A program made the translations under genes and the position numbers. The notes under the pieces are model-generated. The model saw only the letters and a program-made list of their open reading frames with translations. It was not told where the DNA came from and made no database searches. From Mytilus californianus (lineage: Eukaryota), in NCBI RefSeq assembly GCF_021869535.1, contig NW_026262679.1:31310001-31374000 (forward strand): a stretch of 64,000 bases of DNA, read 5' to 3'. Position 1 is the first letter of the stretch, and each line of letters starts with the position of its first letter. Below are positions 22,680 through 35,700 of the stretch, one piece after another.

Positions 22680-25600
22680 ATGGTCATCCTACAGAATTTC
22701 ATCAGATCATGGAATCTACTTTCAAACTCACCAGTGATAAACATAAGAAAGATGAGCACAGAACAATTACTACCAATACTGACATTATATACCAAAGAAA
22801 ATTGTTCCCTTTGTGATGAAGCATTAGAGGTTCTTAGACCATACAAGCATAAGGTAAGCGTGCCACTACAATAAAGCTATGTTTGTTCCAATACAGACTT
22901 GTATTACTTTTACGGTAATATTGTACTAAAAGCGCGGAAATCACTATGTGATCCGTGTAAACTCATTGACCCTTTAAACAAACTTATTAGTAAAGGTTAT
23001 CTTATTAATGTTAAGAATAAGATCTTTGAATATTGTTTACATTGGCACTAACATCGATTTTGTCATCAACAAATTAAAACATAACTAAATTTGTATTCTT
23101 TTCGATTGGTTTTTGGGATGTTTAAATACACATTCACGTTAATTTTCTATTAAGAGATTGCTTTATCTATATATAACATGATACATATTTATTTTAAGGT
23201 TAAATCCTAACGATCCTACTGCCTGTCGATTTTGTCATTGCACAAGTCATATAAATAAGAAGATGTGGTATGAGTGCCAATGAGACAACTATCCATCCAA
23301 GTCACAATGTGTAAAAAGTAAACAATTATAGGTCAAAGTACGGCCTTCAACACTGAACCTTGGCTCACTACGAACAGCAAGCTATAAAGGGCCCCAAAAA
23401 GACTAGTGTAAAACAATTCAAACAGGAAAACCAGCGGTCTAATCTATATAAGAAACAAGAAACACTTATGAACCACACCAACAAACCACAACCACTGAAC
23501 AACAGGCTCCTGACTTAGGACAGGTGCATGAAATTGCAGCTGGTTTAAATGTTTTAAAAGCGCCAACCTTCACCCTAACCTGAAACAGTGGTATAAAATT
23601 ACAACATAAAAAGACACACAATAAAATATCAATTGAAATGGCTTAACTCAATCAAAAAGACAATACACAAAAAAAAGGAAATATACACTGAACGAAAAAT
23701 TTGATCTATGACACAATATAAATAAAAAATATGTTCAATGTCAAAAAGACAACTTTAACCTAGGACAAAATGGTGTTAACTAAAATAAGGTACACAGGTA
23801 AATTGAAATTAATAATTTTGTTGTTAGGAGTACAGAAACATTTTTTACAAAATAAATTTGTTATTCAGAGTACTCGCAGTTACTGAAAGCTAGTTAAAAG
23901 CCAAAACCAATTAATAATAAAAATCATGCATCAGAAACTAAAATCAATTAAAACACATCCCAGGCAGGGATTTAGTGTTTTAACGCCATGGACAGTCAAA
24001 GAAGACTTAATTCAATGTTTACTTATTTTCTGTTAATATCTCGTCTCACTATTTTTAATATGTACCACCTTTGATAAGTATTTTGTATGACAATAAATTT
24101 TCACTTCTGTACTCGTACTCTGAACAACAAATTTATTAATTTTTTTTTTGTATATAGATGCCTTATGTTATGAAGTTTCTGTCTGTCATATGTTCTTTGT
24201 CGTTGACCTCATTTTCATAGTTCAGTGATTACTTGAAAAAAAGTTATGATTTTTTGTAATGCCTTATTATGAGAAATAGGATAACTATATTTGGTATGTG
24301 CGTACCTTGCTTGATCCTCATGCCTGTCAGACCGTTTTCACTTGACCTTGACCTCTTTTCCTGGATCAGTAAATAAGGTTAAGTTTCATGGTCAAGTCCA
24401 TATCTCAGATACTATAAGCAATAGGTCTACTATATTTGGTGTATAGAATGATTGTAAGGTGTACATGTCCAACTAGCAGGTGTCATCTCACCTTGACCTC
24501 ATTTTCATGGTTCAGTGGTTAAAGTTAAGATTTTTGTGTTTTGGTCTGTTTTTATTCGACTGCAAAAGGAAAGGGGCCAAAATTAAGCATTTTTGTAACT
24601 TCCAGACAATTACTTGTGTGTTAGTGTATGGATCTCTCTGACATTGTACCACAAGGTTCCATATCACAAAGGGAATGCTGGGATTGATTTTGGGGGTACT
24701 TGCCTCAAAATTTTAGGAATTAGGGGCAAAAAAAGGGGCAAAAAACAAGCATTTTTCTAGTTTCATGACAATAACTTGTGTGTAAGTGTATGGATCTTTC
24801 TGAAATTGTACTACAAGGTTCCATATCACAAAGGGAAAGCTGGAATTTAGTTTGGGGGTAATTGCCCAAAACGTTAAGGAATAAGGGGCCAAAAATAAGC
24901 ATTTTTCTAGTTTCCAGACAATAGCTTGTGGTCAAGTGTATGGATCTCTCTGAAATTGTACTGTAAGGTACCATACCACAAAGGTAAGGCTGGAATTGAG
25001 TTTGGGGGTAATTGCCCAAAAGGTTTAGGAATAAGGGGCCAAAAACAAGCATTTTTCTAGTTTCAGGACAATAACTTGTGTGTATGTGTATGGATCTTTA
25101 TGAAATTGTACTACAAGGTTCCATATCTTAAAGGGAAAGCTGGGTTTGAGTTTGGGGGTAATTGCCCTAGAAAGTTTAGGAATTTGGGGCAAAAAAACAA
25201 GCATTTTTCTAGTTTCCAGACAATAACTTGTGTTCAAGTGAATGGATCTCTCTGAAATTGTACTGCAAGGTACCATACCACAAAGGGAAGGCTGGGATTG
25301 AGTTTGGGGGTGATGAATCATAAGGGGTTCAAGAAATTTGGGGGGGGGATTTTTTTTTCCTTTTTTTTTCTTTAAAATTTTCCATTTTAAGTTGGTTATT
25401 TCTGATTTATATATAAAAGCAAATAATAATGATATGGTTTGAATAGGTAAATTAAAATTTTTTAAGTTCTTAGACCACATTCATTCTGTGTCAGAAACCT
25501 ATGCATTGTCAAATATTTAATCACAATCAAAATTCAGAGCTGTATCAAGCTTGAATGTTGTGTCCATACTTGCCCCAAATGATCAGGGTTCGACCTCTGC

Positions 25601-27528
25601 GGTCGTATCAAGCTGCGCCCAGCTGAGCATTTTATTTTAACCATATTTTCGAAGGAAAAATCGGGTTATTGATTTGGGGATGTACGGCGGACGGGCGGCT
25701 GCCAAACAGTGTCCGTTCAATAACATGAAAGCGCATTGACAAAATCATTTCAAATTTAGATATGTTGTTTCCGTGACTTAGTTCAATTTTCACGATTTTA
25801 GCTTTTCTCATTGATGAGTTGTAGACCTTTCAGTAGCAAAAAGTGATATTTTTTATATGATTTATTTTTATTTTGAGTTATTTCCCTTTAAACAGAAATG
25901 GTGTAATTAATAAGTATATGGATAGATAGTCTATCAATGATTGTATCTGTTCAATTGATTTTAGTCAGGAGTTGTCAAAAATTTCTTTATAACTATTTTT
26001 TTAAGTCATGTGTGTTTTGAAGATAGATGTCACAGTTGTTATGTGGTATTTTATTTTTTGTTGGGTGTGTTAATGTTTAATTTTTACTTGATCCTGTTGG
26101 GGGTCCAGATTTGCAAATATCATTTTCATTAGATACTAATCTATTTTTATTAAAGGATATATTTCATTACATTACATTGTGTAGATAAAGTTGTTGACAT
26201 TGATAGATAAGTTGCAGATATTAGTTTGTGACAAATGAAAGAAAAAGTATTGGGAACTATAAATTGTATATATAAAGTTTGATTCCACTAATTTTTTTGA
26301 AGGTAACAAACATGTGGTAATTATCAATCACAATAATAATTGGAGTGACAGATTTATTTGAAAATTTTGTGTTTCCTAAGTGTTGTTGATGATAAGCTCT
26401 GTAGGACAGTATAAATATAGTTTGAAATTTACTGTTCATTATTAGACATTTTGAAGATAATTACAGATAAGTCTTATAGATTTTTAAAGTACATTGTATT
26501 AAGATATTTTGGAAATTTTTTTTTTCTTTTCTTTGGTAAATTGTTTGAAGAATTTTTTTTTTTGTGGTAGGTTTGTTTGGTATTCTGTATAAACTAATTT
26601 TCTGAATGCTATATATATTTTTTAAACTTGATCCTGTTTGGGGGTCCAGATTTGCAAATATCAATTCATGAAGGAAAATCCAGTTCGCTGTCACTCTGAC
26701 AGCCTCTTGTCTAATACTATATGCAATAGGTCAGATATATTTGGTGTATGGAAATATTTTACAATGTACTCGTCAGTCTGGCAGGTTTTATTTGACCTTG
26801 ATCTCATTTTCATGGTTCATTGCTCAATGTTAAGTTTTTGTGTTTTGGTCTGTTTTTCTTAAACTATAAGCAATAGGTCAACTATATTTGGTGTATGGAA
26901 TGATTGTAAGGTTTATATGTCTGTCTGGTAGGTATCATCTAACCTTGACCTCATTTTCATGTTTCCTTGGTCAATGTTAAGTTTTTCCTGGTTAAGTTTG
27001 TTTCTTAAATACTATATTTGATAGGTCAACTATATTTGATCCATGGAATGATTATAAAGTGTAGATGTCTGTCTGGCAGGGTTCATCTGACCTTGACCTC
27101 ATATTCATGGTTCATTGGTCAATATAAAGTTTTCATGGTTTGGTCTGTTTCTTGTATACTATAAGCAATAGGTCAACTATATTCAATGTATGGAATGATT
27201 GTAAGATGTACATGTATTTTTTGGTTTGGTTTATCTGACCTTTACATTTTTTTCTTGGATCATGTTAAGTTAATGTGATACTTGTAGTAAAACTTTAGTA
27301 AAACGCGAGACATTTCAGCGTGTGCACTCTTGTTTTAATAATATTATAATTCTTTAGTTTCAGCTAGAAGAGGTGGACATAAAGAAAAAGGAAAACAAAG
27401 ATTGGTTCAATAAATACAGATATGACATTCCTGTGTTTCATTTTAATGGGAAATTTTTAATGAAACATAAAGTAGACTTACAAGTGTTTGAGACAGCACT
27501 TAAAGAATATAAAGATACTAATACTTGA
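22680..27528 (+). CDS. C5orf63: Glutaredoxin-like protein C5orf63 homolog (thioredoxin fold, CXXC), 114 aa, exons 22680-22853 and 27358-27528
   Basis: LPILTLYTKENCSLCDEALEVLRPYKHK|FQLEEVDIKKKENKDWFNKYRYDIPVFHFNGKFLMKHKVD; GT-AG, phase 0; matches the recalled human LPVLTLFTKDPCPLCDEA...YKFDIPVFHLNGQFLMMHRV. Confidence 0.93.
23255..23740 (-). repeat. Very abundant dispersed repeat ending ...GTTGTCTCATTGGCAATCATACCACATCTT
   Basis: Other copies near 28690-29080(-), 33045-33185, 35745-35910, 36400-36520, 39190-39710, 46560-46700, 48905-49380, 50205-50350(-) and 62860-63115. Confidence 0.85.
24140..27335 (+). mobile_element. Stack of HINE-like elements in the C5orf63 intron
   Basis: GACCTTGACCTCATTTTCATGGTTCA cores (24140-24560, 26665-27335, ending GCGAGACATTTCAGCGTGTGCACTCTTGTT); ~150-bp AAGGGGCCAAAAACAAGC array (24570-25320); element 25636-26660 homologous to 33781-34480. 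Confidence 0.75.
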
Positions 27529-29198
27529 GATTATATTGTTTAAAGTACATAAACTGTTGACCCCCCACTTGTTTAGAATGTGTTTTGTTTTTTTCAAATA
27601 TAAGATGAAAATGATGGAGGACACTTGACTAACTATAAGACTTTAAAAGGATTTTTGATGTTTTTAACTTCAATATTTAAGAACTTAAAAATTTATGGTA
27701 AGGGGACTGGTCTGTTCTTAAATACTGTATGTTTACCACTAAATGTCTTTTTTGGGGGAAAATTTGCATGAAATGCAATAAAATCCATTTTGATTATGGC
27801 TTGATATTTATATCTTCCAGGGTTTATCACTACCTTTGAGTTGTAAAAAAGTTGCGGCAGTGATTTGAACATTCTTAAGATCATATTAATCCAATGTCAT
27901 GCAATTTATTCATGATATGTTATATGTACTCGTGTTACAAACTGATGTCTATTTGAAAACTATTTTATTAAAAATTACATAAGTTATGCATCATGTACTA
28001 ATCAATCTGTTATTTATAAAAAAAAAACTGTACAATTACAAGCAAAGGACAATATAACTTCAATTAAAAATACATAACTTGCCTTAATGTAATCCATTGC
28101 TAAATACATATAAGTTTTGACATTATTTGTTACATTATATACTTAATTTATTATGATTCAAGTGTTCAAATTAAACAACAGGATTTAATTATTACTGTGA
28201 ATAGGAAATACAACCATTGAATAATAGTTTCAACACAGTCATATATACCTCAGACCTAGGTACATACATATAATAATATTGTATTTTATGCGTGCTAGAA
28301 CACTAAGATGAATTGAATTATAAACTTGCTAGCTAAAAACAAGAAAAATTATTAAAGCAAATTTGATTAACAAATATATGCATAAGAATTTTGATGTATA
28401 AGAATAGAATGGAGTGAAATAAAGACAATATATAGAGTAAGTGGTTGGAAATACTCTAGCAATGACCAGAGACATAAAAAAACAGATATGTCTCTGCTAT
28501 GACAAACACAAGTTCAACTAGAGCTGTCTGCTTAGTGAGACTAATACCCAAGGTACATGCATTTTAGTTGCTGTTTTTAAATTCAGTATTGTGACACATT
28601 GATAGTAAAAAAAAAAACAAATAGCAAAATAAGTAAAAAAAACAAATTTAGAAATAAACAGAAATAGAAAATATCCCCCCCGAGTTCATATATTATAGGA
28701 CTAGGCTCACACCAAAGAGCAAGCTATAAAGGGCACCAAAAATTACTAGTGTAAAACCATTCAAACAGGAAAATCAACGGTCTAATCTATATCAAAACGA
28801 GAAACGAGAAACACTTATGAACCACATCAACAAAGGACAACCATTGAACATCAGGTTCCTGACTTAGGACAGGTGCAAACAAATGCAGCGGGTTTAAACG
28901 TTTTAATAGGCGCCAACCTTCACCCAACCTGAAACAATAGTGTAACATTACAACATAGAAAGACACACTATAAAATATCAATTGAAATGGCTTAACTCAA
29001 TCAAAAGACATATTAACAAAAACAAGTGAACATACACTGAACCAATAAATTTGATCTATGACACAATGCAAATACAAAATTAATATTTCAGGGAGGGGAA
29101 GTGATTTGGATGTTTTAAAGATCAAGATTTTTAATTTTTAATTGTTGGACAGTATATTCAAAGAAAAGGATTTTAAACAAGGGTAAACATGTTGAATT

Positions 29199-30610
29199 AC
29201 AAGGTTGGGTGGTAAATACCGCCCCTAGTATTTACCAGAGGTATTTACTGGTATTTACCGCCCCGGTCAATACTCCTTAAGTGGTCAATACTGGCAAATA
29301 CTGGTCAATTGAAATTTTTATGGTTCTTTTGAAAGGCTTAACTATCAATTTTTAGTAAAATATTGGTTGATTGAGAAAATTATTTCAAATTAATTCCTTT
29401 GGCATGATTAAGTTTTTAAAAAAGAATGATATTGGTATGTTTTATTAACTATTAACATGAATAATGACTAATTTAGTTCTTAAAGGGAATGATGATATTA
29501 CATACTTTAGGTATATATAAAATTGCTATATCAATTATTTCAACATTTTTAAATCAAGATATTTTTTCTTGAAAAGGTTTGATTTTGACAGGTAAATAGA
29601 ATTACAGGTGACTGGATTATCAGAGCATTACCTATTATATTGCTAGCAGGTGTCAAAAGTTTAATTACTATAAAAACTGCCCCCTAATCATGCTGATAAA
29701 TGTTGACAAAACAGAAAACAAATCATAAAAGTTATTTTTGAAGACTGTTTAAAACAATAAATTAATTCCTGACTTTTCAACAAACAATAAATTAATTCCT
29801 AACTTTTCAACAGAATGATAAAAATCTTCTAAATGCAGAAAATAGAAGTTTGAAGTATCTTTAATATGCCTTATTTATCCTATTCACTAATATTTTATTC
29901 TGATAATCACTGTCAATAGTGTGTTCATACGGAATTTCAATTTATATAAGAAAAGACAACATTAAAGAAAAGTCAAATATTGACTTGGAACTTTTTAATA
30001 TTTTTATGACTAACAGTAATTGTAGGTAGGGCAAAATGTCACAAGACAGAAATTTACAATTCAGTTTTGCGAGAAGTTTTTCTTTTGTTAAGAAAAGAAT
30101 AATTTTTCAAACCATTGTTGTTTTTTTCTTAAACTAAATTACATATTATATATACAACAACTTTTGAAGGTTTTTTTATTACACTTGATGAAATTACTGT
30201 TAAGAAAACAAGCTGTCATAGTCTCTTTTTAGTGGTGCCAAGAAATATGTCCTTTGTATGATTAATATTTGATAAATCTTCATTTAACCATGCATATATA
30301 TATATATGTTCATAAACAATTCCATAAACTACACTATGAATTTATCTTATAATGAGACATTATTTCAAGGATCTTCCCTTATATATTCAAAAACTTATTA
30401 AGTAATTAATTGTGACTTTCTGTCCTGTGACTATATCTGTCCATTTACCCAGTAATTGACCAGGTAGGGACTGGTTTTTTTAGTATTAATGTTTATTAAA
30501 TATTCAATTGAACAGTATTTGCCAGTATTGACCAGTATTTGCCAGTATTTACCGGTTTTTACCACCGGCATGGTCAATACTAGTATTGTCCGCTTTTTTG
30601 CCAACCTTGT
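29199..30610. mobile_element. 1.4-kb non-autonomous DNA transposon with near-perfect 8-bp TSD (hAT/P-like)
   Basis: ACAAGGTTGG ... CCAACCTTGT; flanks GTTGAATT / GTTGAAAT; subterminal CAGTATT(T/G)ACC repeats at both ends. Confidence 0.75.
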
Positions 30611-30764
30611 GTTGAAATGTTTCCCCTGTTTTGATCATGATTGAATTTATGTTGAAAGTCTTAGAAAAAGGGTTAAGCAACAAGTATTACATAAAATATA
30701 CATCATTAATGATCCATGTAAATGTAGTTAAGGTCATATGTACATACATAGGCTATTGTTTTTA

Positions 30765-31320
30765 GTCCCCTACCGACGAAGTCGAAGGGGACTTTAGGTT
30801 TGCACTCTGTCCGTCTGTCTGTCCATCCGTCAGTCTGGCAAATCAGTTTTCCACACTTGTTTTCTTCATGCTTGAAGATATTGATTTGATATTTGGTGTA
30901 TTGTTTTATCATGACAAGTTACAGATCAAATTCGAATAATGTTCCGGTCTAACGATTTTGTGCAGAATAATGGTCCTTGGACTTAGAAAATTCACTCAAA
31001 TAATCAGTTTTCCACACCTTTTTTCATCGTGCTTGAAGATATTAATTTGATAATTGGTATATAGTTTTATCATGACAAGTTACAGATCAAGTTCGAATTT
31101 TGTTCCGGTCTGATGATTTTGTACAGAGTTATGGTCACTTAGAAAATATACTTAAACAATCAGTTTTCCACACTTTTTATTCTCATGCTTGAAGATAATT
31201 GTTATATAGTTTACACCATGACAAGTTATAGATCAAGTTAGCATTTTGTTCCAGTAAAATGAATTTTTAACCGGTAGGGGACTATGTATTGCTATGCAAT
31301 ACTCTCAGAATGCTTCTTTA
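30765..31320 (+). mobile_element. HINE-like element with hairpin, (GTCY)n microsatellite and ~160-bp tandem cores
   Basis: TAGTCCCCTACCGACGAAGTCGAAGGGGACT, GTCCGTCTGTCTGTCC, repeated ATCAGTTTTCCACAC; ends GGTAGGGGACTA. Confidence 0.7.
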
Positions 31321-31960
31321 TTTTTTTTATAATTTATTGGGGTGCAAAAGCGTTGTCCGAAGCACATGTTTTATGCGGGGAAGCGGTTTAAAAATGTGCA
31401 TAGATCAACGTTTTTACAACCCTATAAAATTGTTAAAAGAAGCATTCAATTCTTATAATTACATGTTTATGCTACAACCATGAAATTAAGAGTTATGTCA
31501 AGCTTTTCAGTTGTTTTTCCAAGCACTGTTTTAACAAATTGTCACGGATAGCATGTGCAGTCATTACTGTTGCATTTTATACGGAAATGTTATATGATAT
31601 TGGAGTGTCCGCGATTACTGTCAGCCAATAAAAATTACGGATTCCAATGAAACATACATAATTACATTACATGTATGGTTCATAAAAATCCGTCCTTTTG
31701 ATTGGCTGAAAGCAATTGCGAGGCATTCCAGTGTTAAATTGTATTTCTCAATAAAATTCAACATTCATGACAGCACGTCCTTCTCATGACAACTTCACAA
31801 CAGTCATAAGAAAACAAACAAAAACTTTGCTATAACTTGTAGTTTCATGGTAGTAGCAAAAAATGTAATTATAATTCGTATCAAATTTTTAATACTATTG
31901 CGAGTTTTAAAAGTTTTAAAAGCCTAAACCCTAACATTTTAAGGACATGCACATTTTAGA
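31320..31960. mobile_element. Dispersed MITE-like repeat (AAGAAGCATTCAATTCTT family)
   Basis: Homologous segments at 11860-12230 and 46720-47090. Confidence 0.65.
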
Positions 31961-32683
31961 CAATTTCTGAAATAGTATTAAAACACATTTGTTTTAATTA
32001 TAAATAGTATAAAATTAATTTCTAAAACAGTGCTTTAAACTGGTCCTTTTCACTCAATACTTAAAAGTTACAACTTCTATATCTGCATTATTGAACTTTT
32101 CGCCGACTGCAGAATCATTAGGGGTCCTTTATACTATCGCCATTAACAATGATGTAATTGAGCATTGATTACTTATTGAGGCTATCACCGAGTATCTAAA
32201 CAAATTTGATTAACTGATATGAGTAGTTATATAAGGCTTAAAAGGGCAAATATATACATGAATACCTTTTGAAATATATAATGGCATGGTCGTTAAATGT
32301 CATGTCCTCGAGAATTATGTACACATCCGGTTATGTTGAAATGTTACATTATTACGATCAATGCCACGGTTCCTAGACAATTTGATTGAACACAAGCATC
32401 GATATTAGATGTGGAGTTAATAGGCAACTACGTACGATTTTTGTCATCACACTATAAACATTTGAAGTCGGTTTGTTGGAGTTCCTGTCAATATCGTACG
32501 TCATGTTCAGGTCATTGTCTAGAATCTATATGATCAACTGATATGTGTAGTAAAGCTTAAAAGGGCTGTAATAACTAAACACAGGACAGGTTTGCTTAAA
32601 GAAGTTATTACTTTTGACATTCAGTTTTGTTAAAAGGTAAAAGGTTTGTTGATAGTGTTCCTTGGCAGTTTGGATAAAAAAAC

Positions 32684-32744
32684 ATGTACATTGGGGCAGT
32701 TTGTGTTTCTACATGTTCTATCTACATCATCCTTTGTTACACGG
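32684..32744 (+). CDS. nAChR gene 1 exon 1 (signal peptide)
   Basis: MYIGAVCVSTCSIYIILCYT then GTAAGT, phase 1; paralogous to 56928-56979. Confidence 0.8.
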
Positions 32745-35700
32745 GTAAGTTATTTGTCTAGCAAATCTCGTTTTGGTCACCTTAACAGATATAGGAGAAA
32801 AGTTGAAATCTATAAAATTAATGCATCTTTTGTAGTTTATAAGATTTTGTAAGAATTTGGTATTGCTAGCTATCCAAATGAACATAGCATACTTATTGTC
32901 AAAGAAGGGAACTGATTTGGCTTCTATATACACAAACAGTACTCTAAACATTGTGCCATTTTGTATATATTTAATATAGGAATGTTAGTGGACGCGGTAA
33001 CTATTTGATTTTCTTTATTTGATATTTTTATTTTTACTTTTTATCATGTCGGGCTTACATTACGGTATGCGTTTCCTCATTGTGGAAGGCCATACGGACG
33101 GTAACCTATAATTGCTAAAATCTACGTCATTTGGTCTGGTGGGGGTAGTTGTCTCATTGGCTATCGTATACCACATCTTGTTATTTGTATATACATGTAC
33201 ATGATTTCAATTTCTTTTAAAATTCCCTTTGATGCAAGGGAAAATGCAGCAATTGTCAAATTTTCTTTTAAGATTTTTATATGTAAGCGCAATGCATGTG
33301 TTAAATCATGTTGCAATTTGGATTTGTCTTTGAAAAGGAATTGGACATGGGAAGACATTCAGCAGTACAAATGATAGCGACCAATCAGCTTCAAAGTCAT
33401 TAACTCATGTTTATGATGGTAAGTGTTTATCATGATGGGAAATCTACATATCGAGCTTGCTATCGTTTGGTCGGGCTTTATTAACTTCATTGAGGTATAA
33501 GCACAACAAAATACGTTGAAGCGTAGTATAAAAGAACTTTACAAGCATAAATAAAAAACGTAGTACTTAAAATGTTTCATATTTTTATTTATCCTTTTAA
33601 AAGAAAAACTCGATTGCATACCAGCAGAGATTGGTAACAAGGGAAAGTCTCGTGATATTACGCGGATCTTGAAATGTCATTGAAACTTCACATCGAAAAA
33701 ATCATTAAAAAATCTTTGAATCAAGCTCAAATTCAAATTCATCCACAAAAGAGGTAAACCTAAACATCGCAACGCCATTCCATTTTAACCGGATTTTCGA
33801 AGGAAATATCGGTTATTAAAATGGGGATATACGGCGGGCGGCTGGGCGGGCTAACGGGCGGCTGCCAAACAGTGTCAGCACAATAACATGAAAACGCTTT
33901 AACAATTTTTTTTCAAATTTAAAATATGTTGTTTCCTGGGACTTAATGAAGGTCTAGTTCAATTTTGAAGATTTTGCTATTTCTCCTTTTTGAGTTATCG
34001 CCATTTTTAATATCCAAAAGTGGAATTTTTAAATATTTTACTCTTGTTATCATGTAATGATTTGCCTTATCTCGCAATAAAAATTGGAGTGACAGATTTA
34101 TTTGAAAATTATCTATTTCCTAAGTGGTAATGATTATAAGCTATATTATTAGACATTTTGAAGATTATTTATTACATTATTAATTATTTTATATGTAATG
34201 TTAGAGTACTATGTTAAACCATAGTTCTGTTCAATTAGATCTGGGAAATATTTTAGCATATGATAATGATTTATTTTCATTATTAATTAGATCTTGGAAA
34301 TATTTTAGCATATGATAATCATTGGAGTGACAGATTTATTTGAAAATTATCTGTTTTCTGATAATAAGATCTGTATGACTGTATATATAAAGTTTGAAAC
34401 TTACTAGTAGGACTGTCTAAATGAAGTTTGAAATTTACTGTTCATTATTAAAAAAATTGTAGATAATTAAGTGTCTCTAAATCATATATATTCTTACCTC
34501 TACCCCCTTCAATATGAGAATGTGCTTTTATCTTGTAAACGGTCGAGATCCCCACCCCTAAACCATATATATTCTTGTATGGGGCAATAAAACAAATCAA
34601 ATGAAATATTGGGATAGTCCTCGGGTTCACACCTACCCTCCTTTTTTTTGAAAACTTGTAAATGTGCAAGCTCCCCACCCTGAAACCATATATATTCTTG
34701 TATGTTACAATAAAACAAATCAAATGAAATAAAAGGTAAGTCCCCTGGAGTCACCCCCACCCCTTTCTGTTTGAGAACTTGTAAACGGTCAAGATCCCCA
34801 CCCCTAAACCATATATATTCTTGTATGGGACAATAAAACAAATCAAATGAAATATAGGGGAAGTCCATTGGGGTAACCTCCACCCCCTTCTGTTTGAGAA
34901 ATTGTAAACGGTTGAGATCCCCACCCCTAAACCATATATATTCTTGTATGGGACAATAAAACAAATCAAATGAAATTTAGGGGAAGTCCACGAGGGTAAA
35001 CCCCACCCCCTCCTTTTTGAAAACTTGTAAACGGTTGAGATCCCCACCCCTAAACCATATATAATCTTTTATGGGACAATAAAACAAATCAAATGAAAAT
35101 TAGGGGAAGTCCCCTGGGGTAACCCCCACCCCTTTTTTCTGTATATCAGTTGAATTTTCAATATCTTCATGTCGATATTTGAATTTCATTGATTCTTAAA
35201 GATACGTTTTTGCAAGGATTTGTATAGTGAGTCTCACCCAAATCCTTGGTTTTTGAAATCCTCTAAATCATATTTGAAAATTTTTTGAAACTGAGAAAAA
35301 AAAATTAAACAAAAGGAATGTCAGTGTTTGAAAAATAATTGTATAGTTATGCTATTTCAATACATGATACGGTCATCACATCAATACATGATATAGTCAT
35401 TAAATAAGAGTTTTCAATCTCTGGTAATGCATGTATCTGAAATAGTAACTGCCTGCATGCAAAGCTTCAGACAAAAGAGAAAAAAACTCGGAAGGGCCAG
35501 TCATGAAGACAAACAGACAACATTACGGTCAACCAAAAAAGTTGAACAGACAAACAATAGTCCACAACGTTCTGCACATAAAACTAAAAATTGAGCAAGA
35601 CGAAACACGCCAAAATACGGAGGTGAACCAAAATGCTTCAGAAGGATCAGTGTTTCTTGATCCACTAATGACATCAGCCGTGCTACAATTAAAACCCGCT

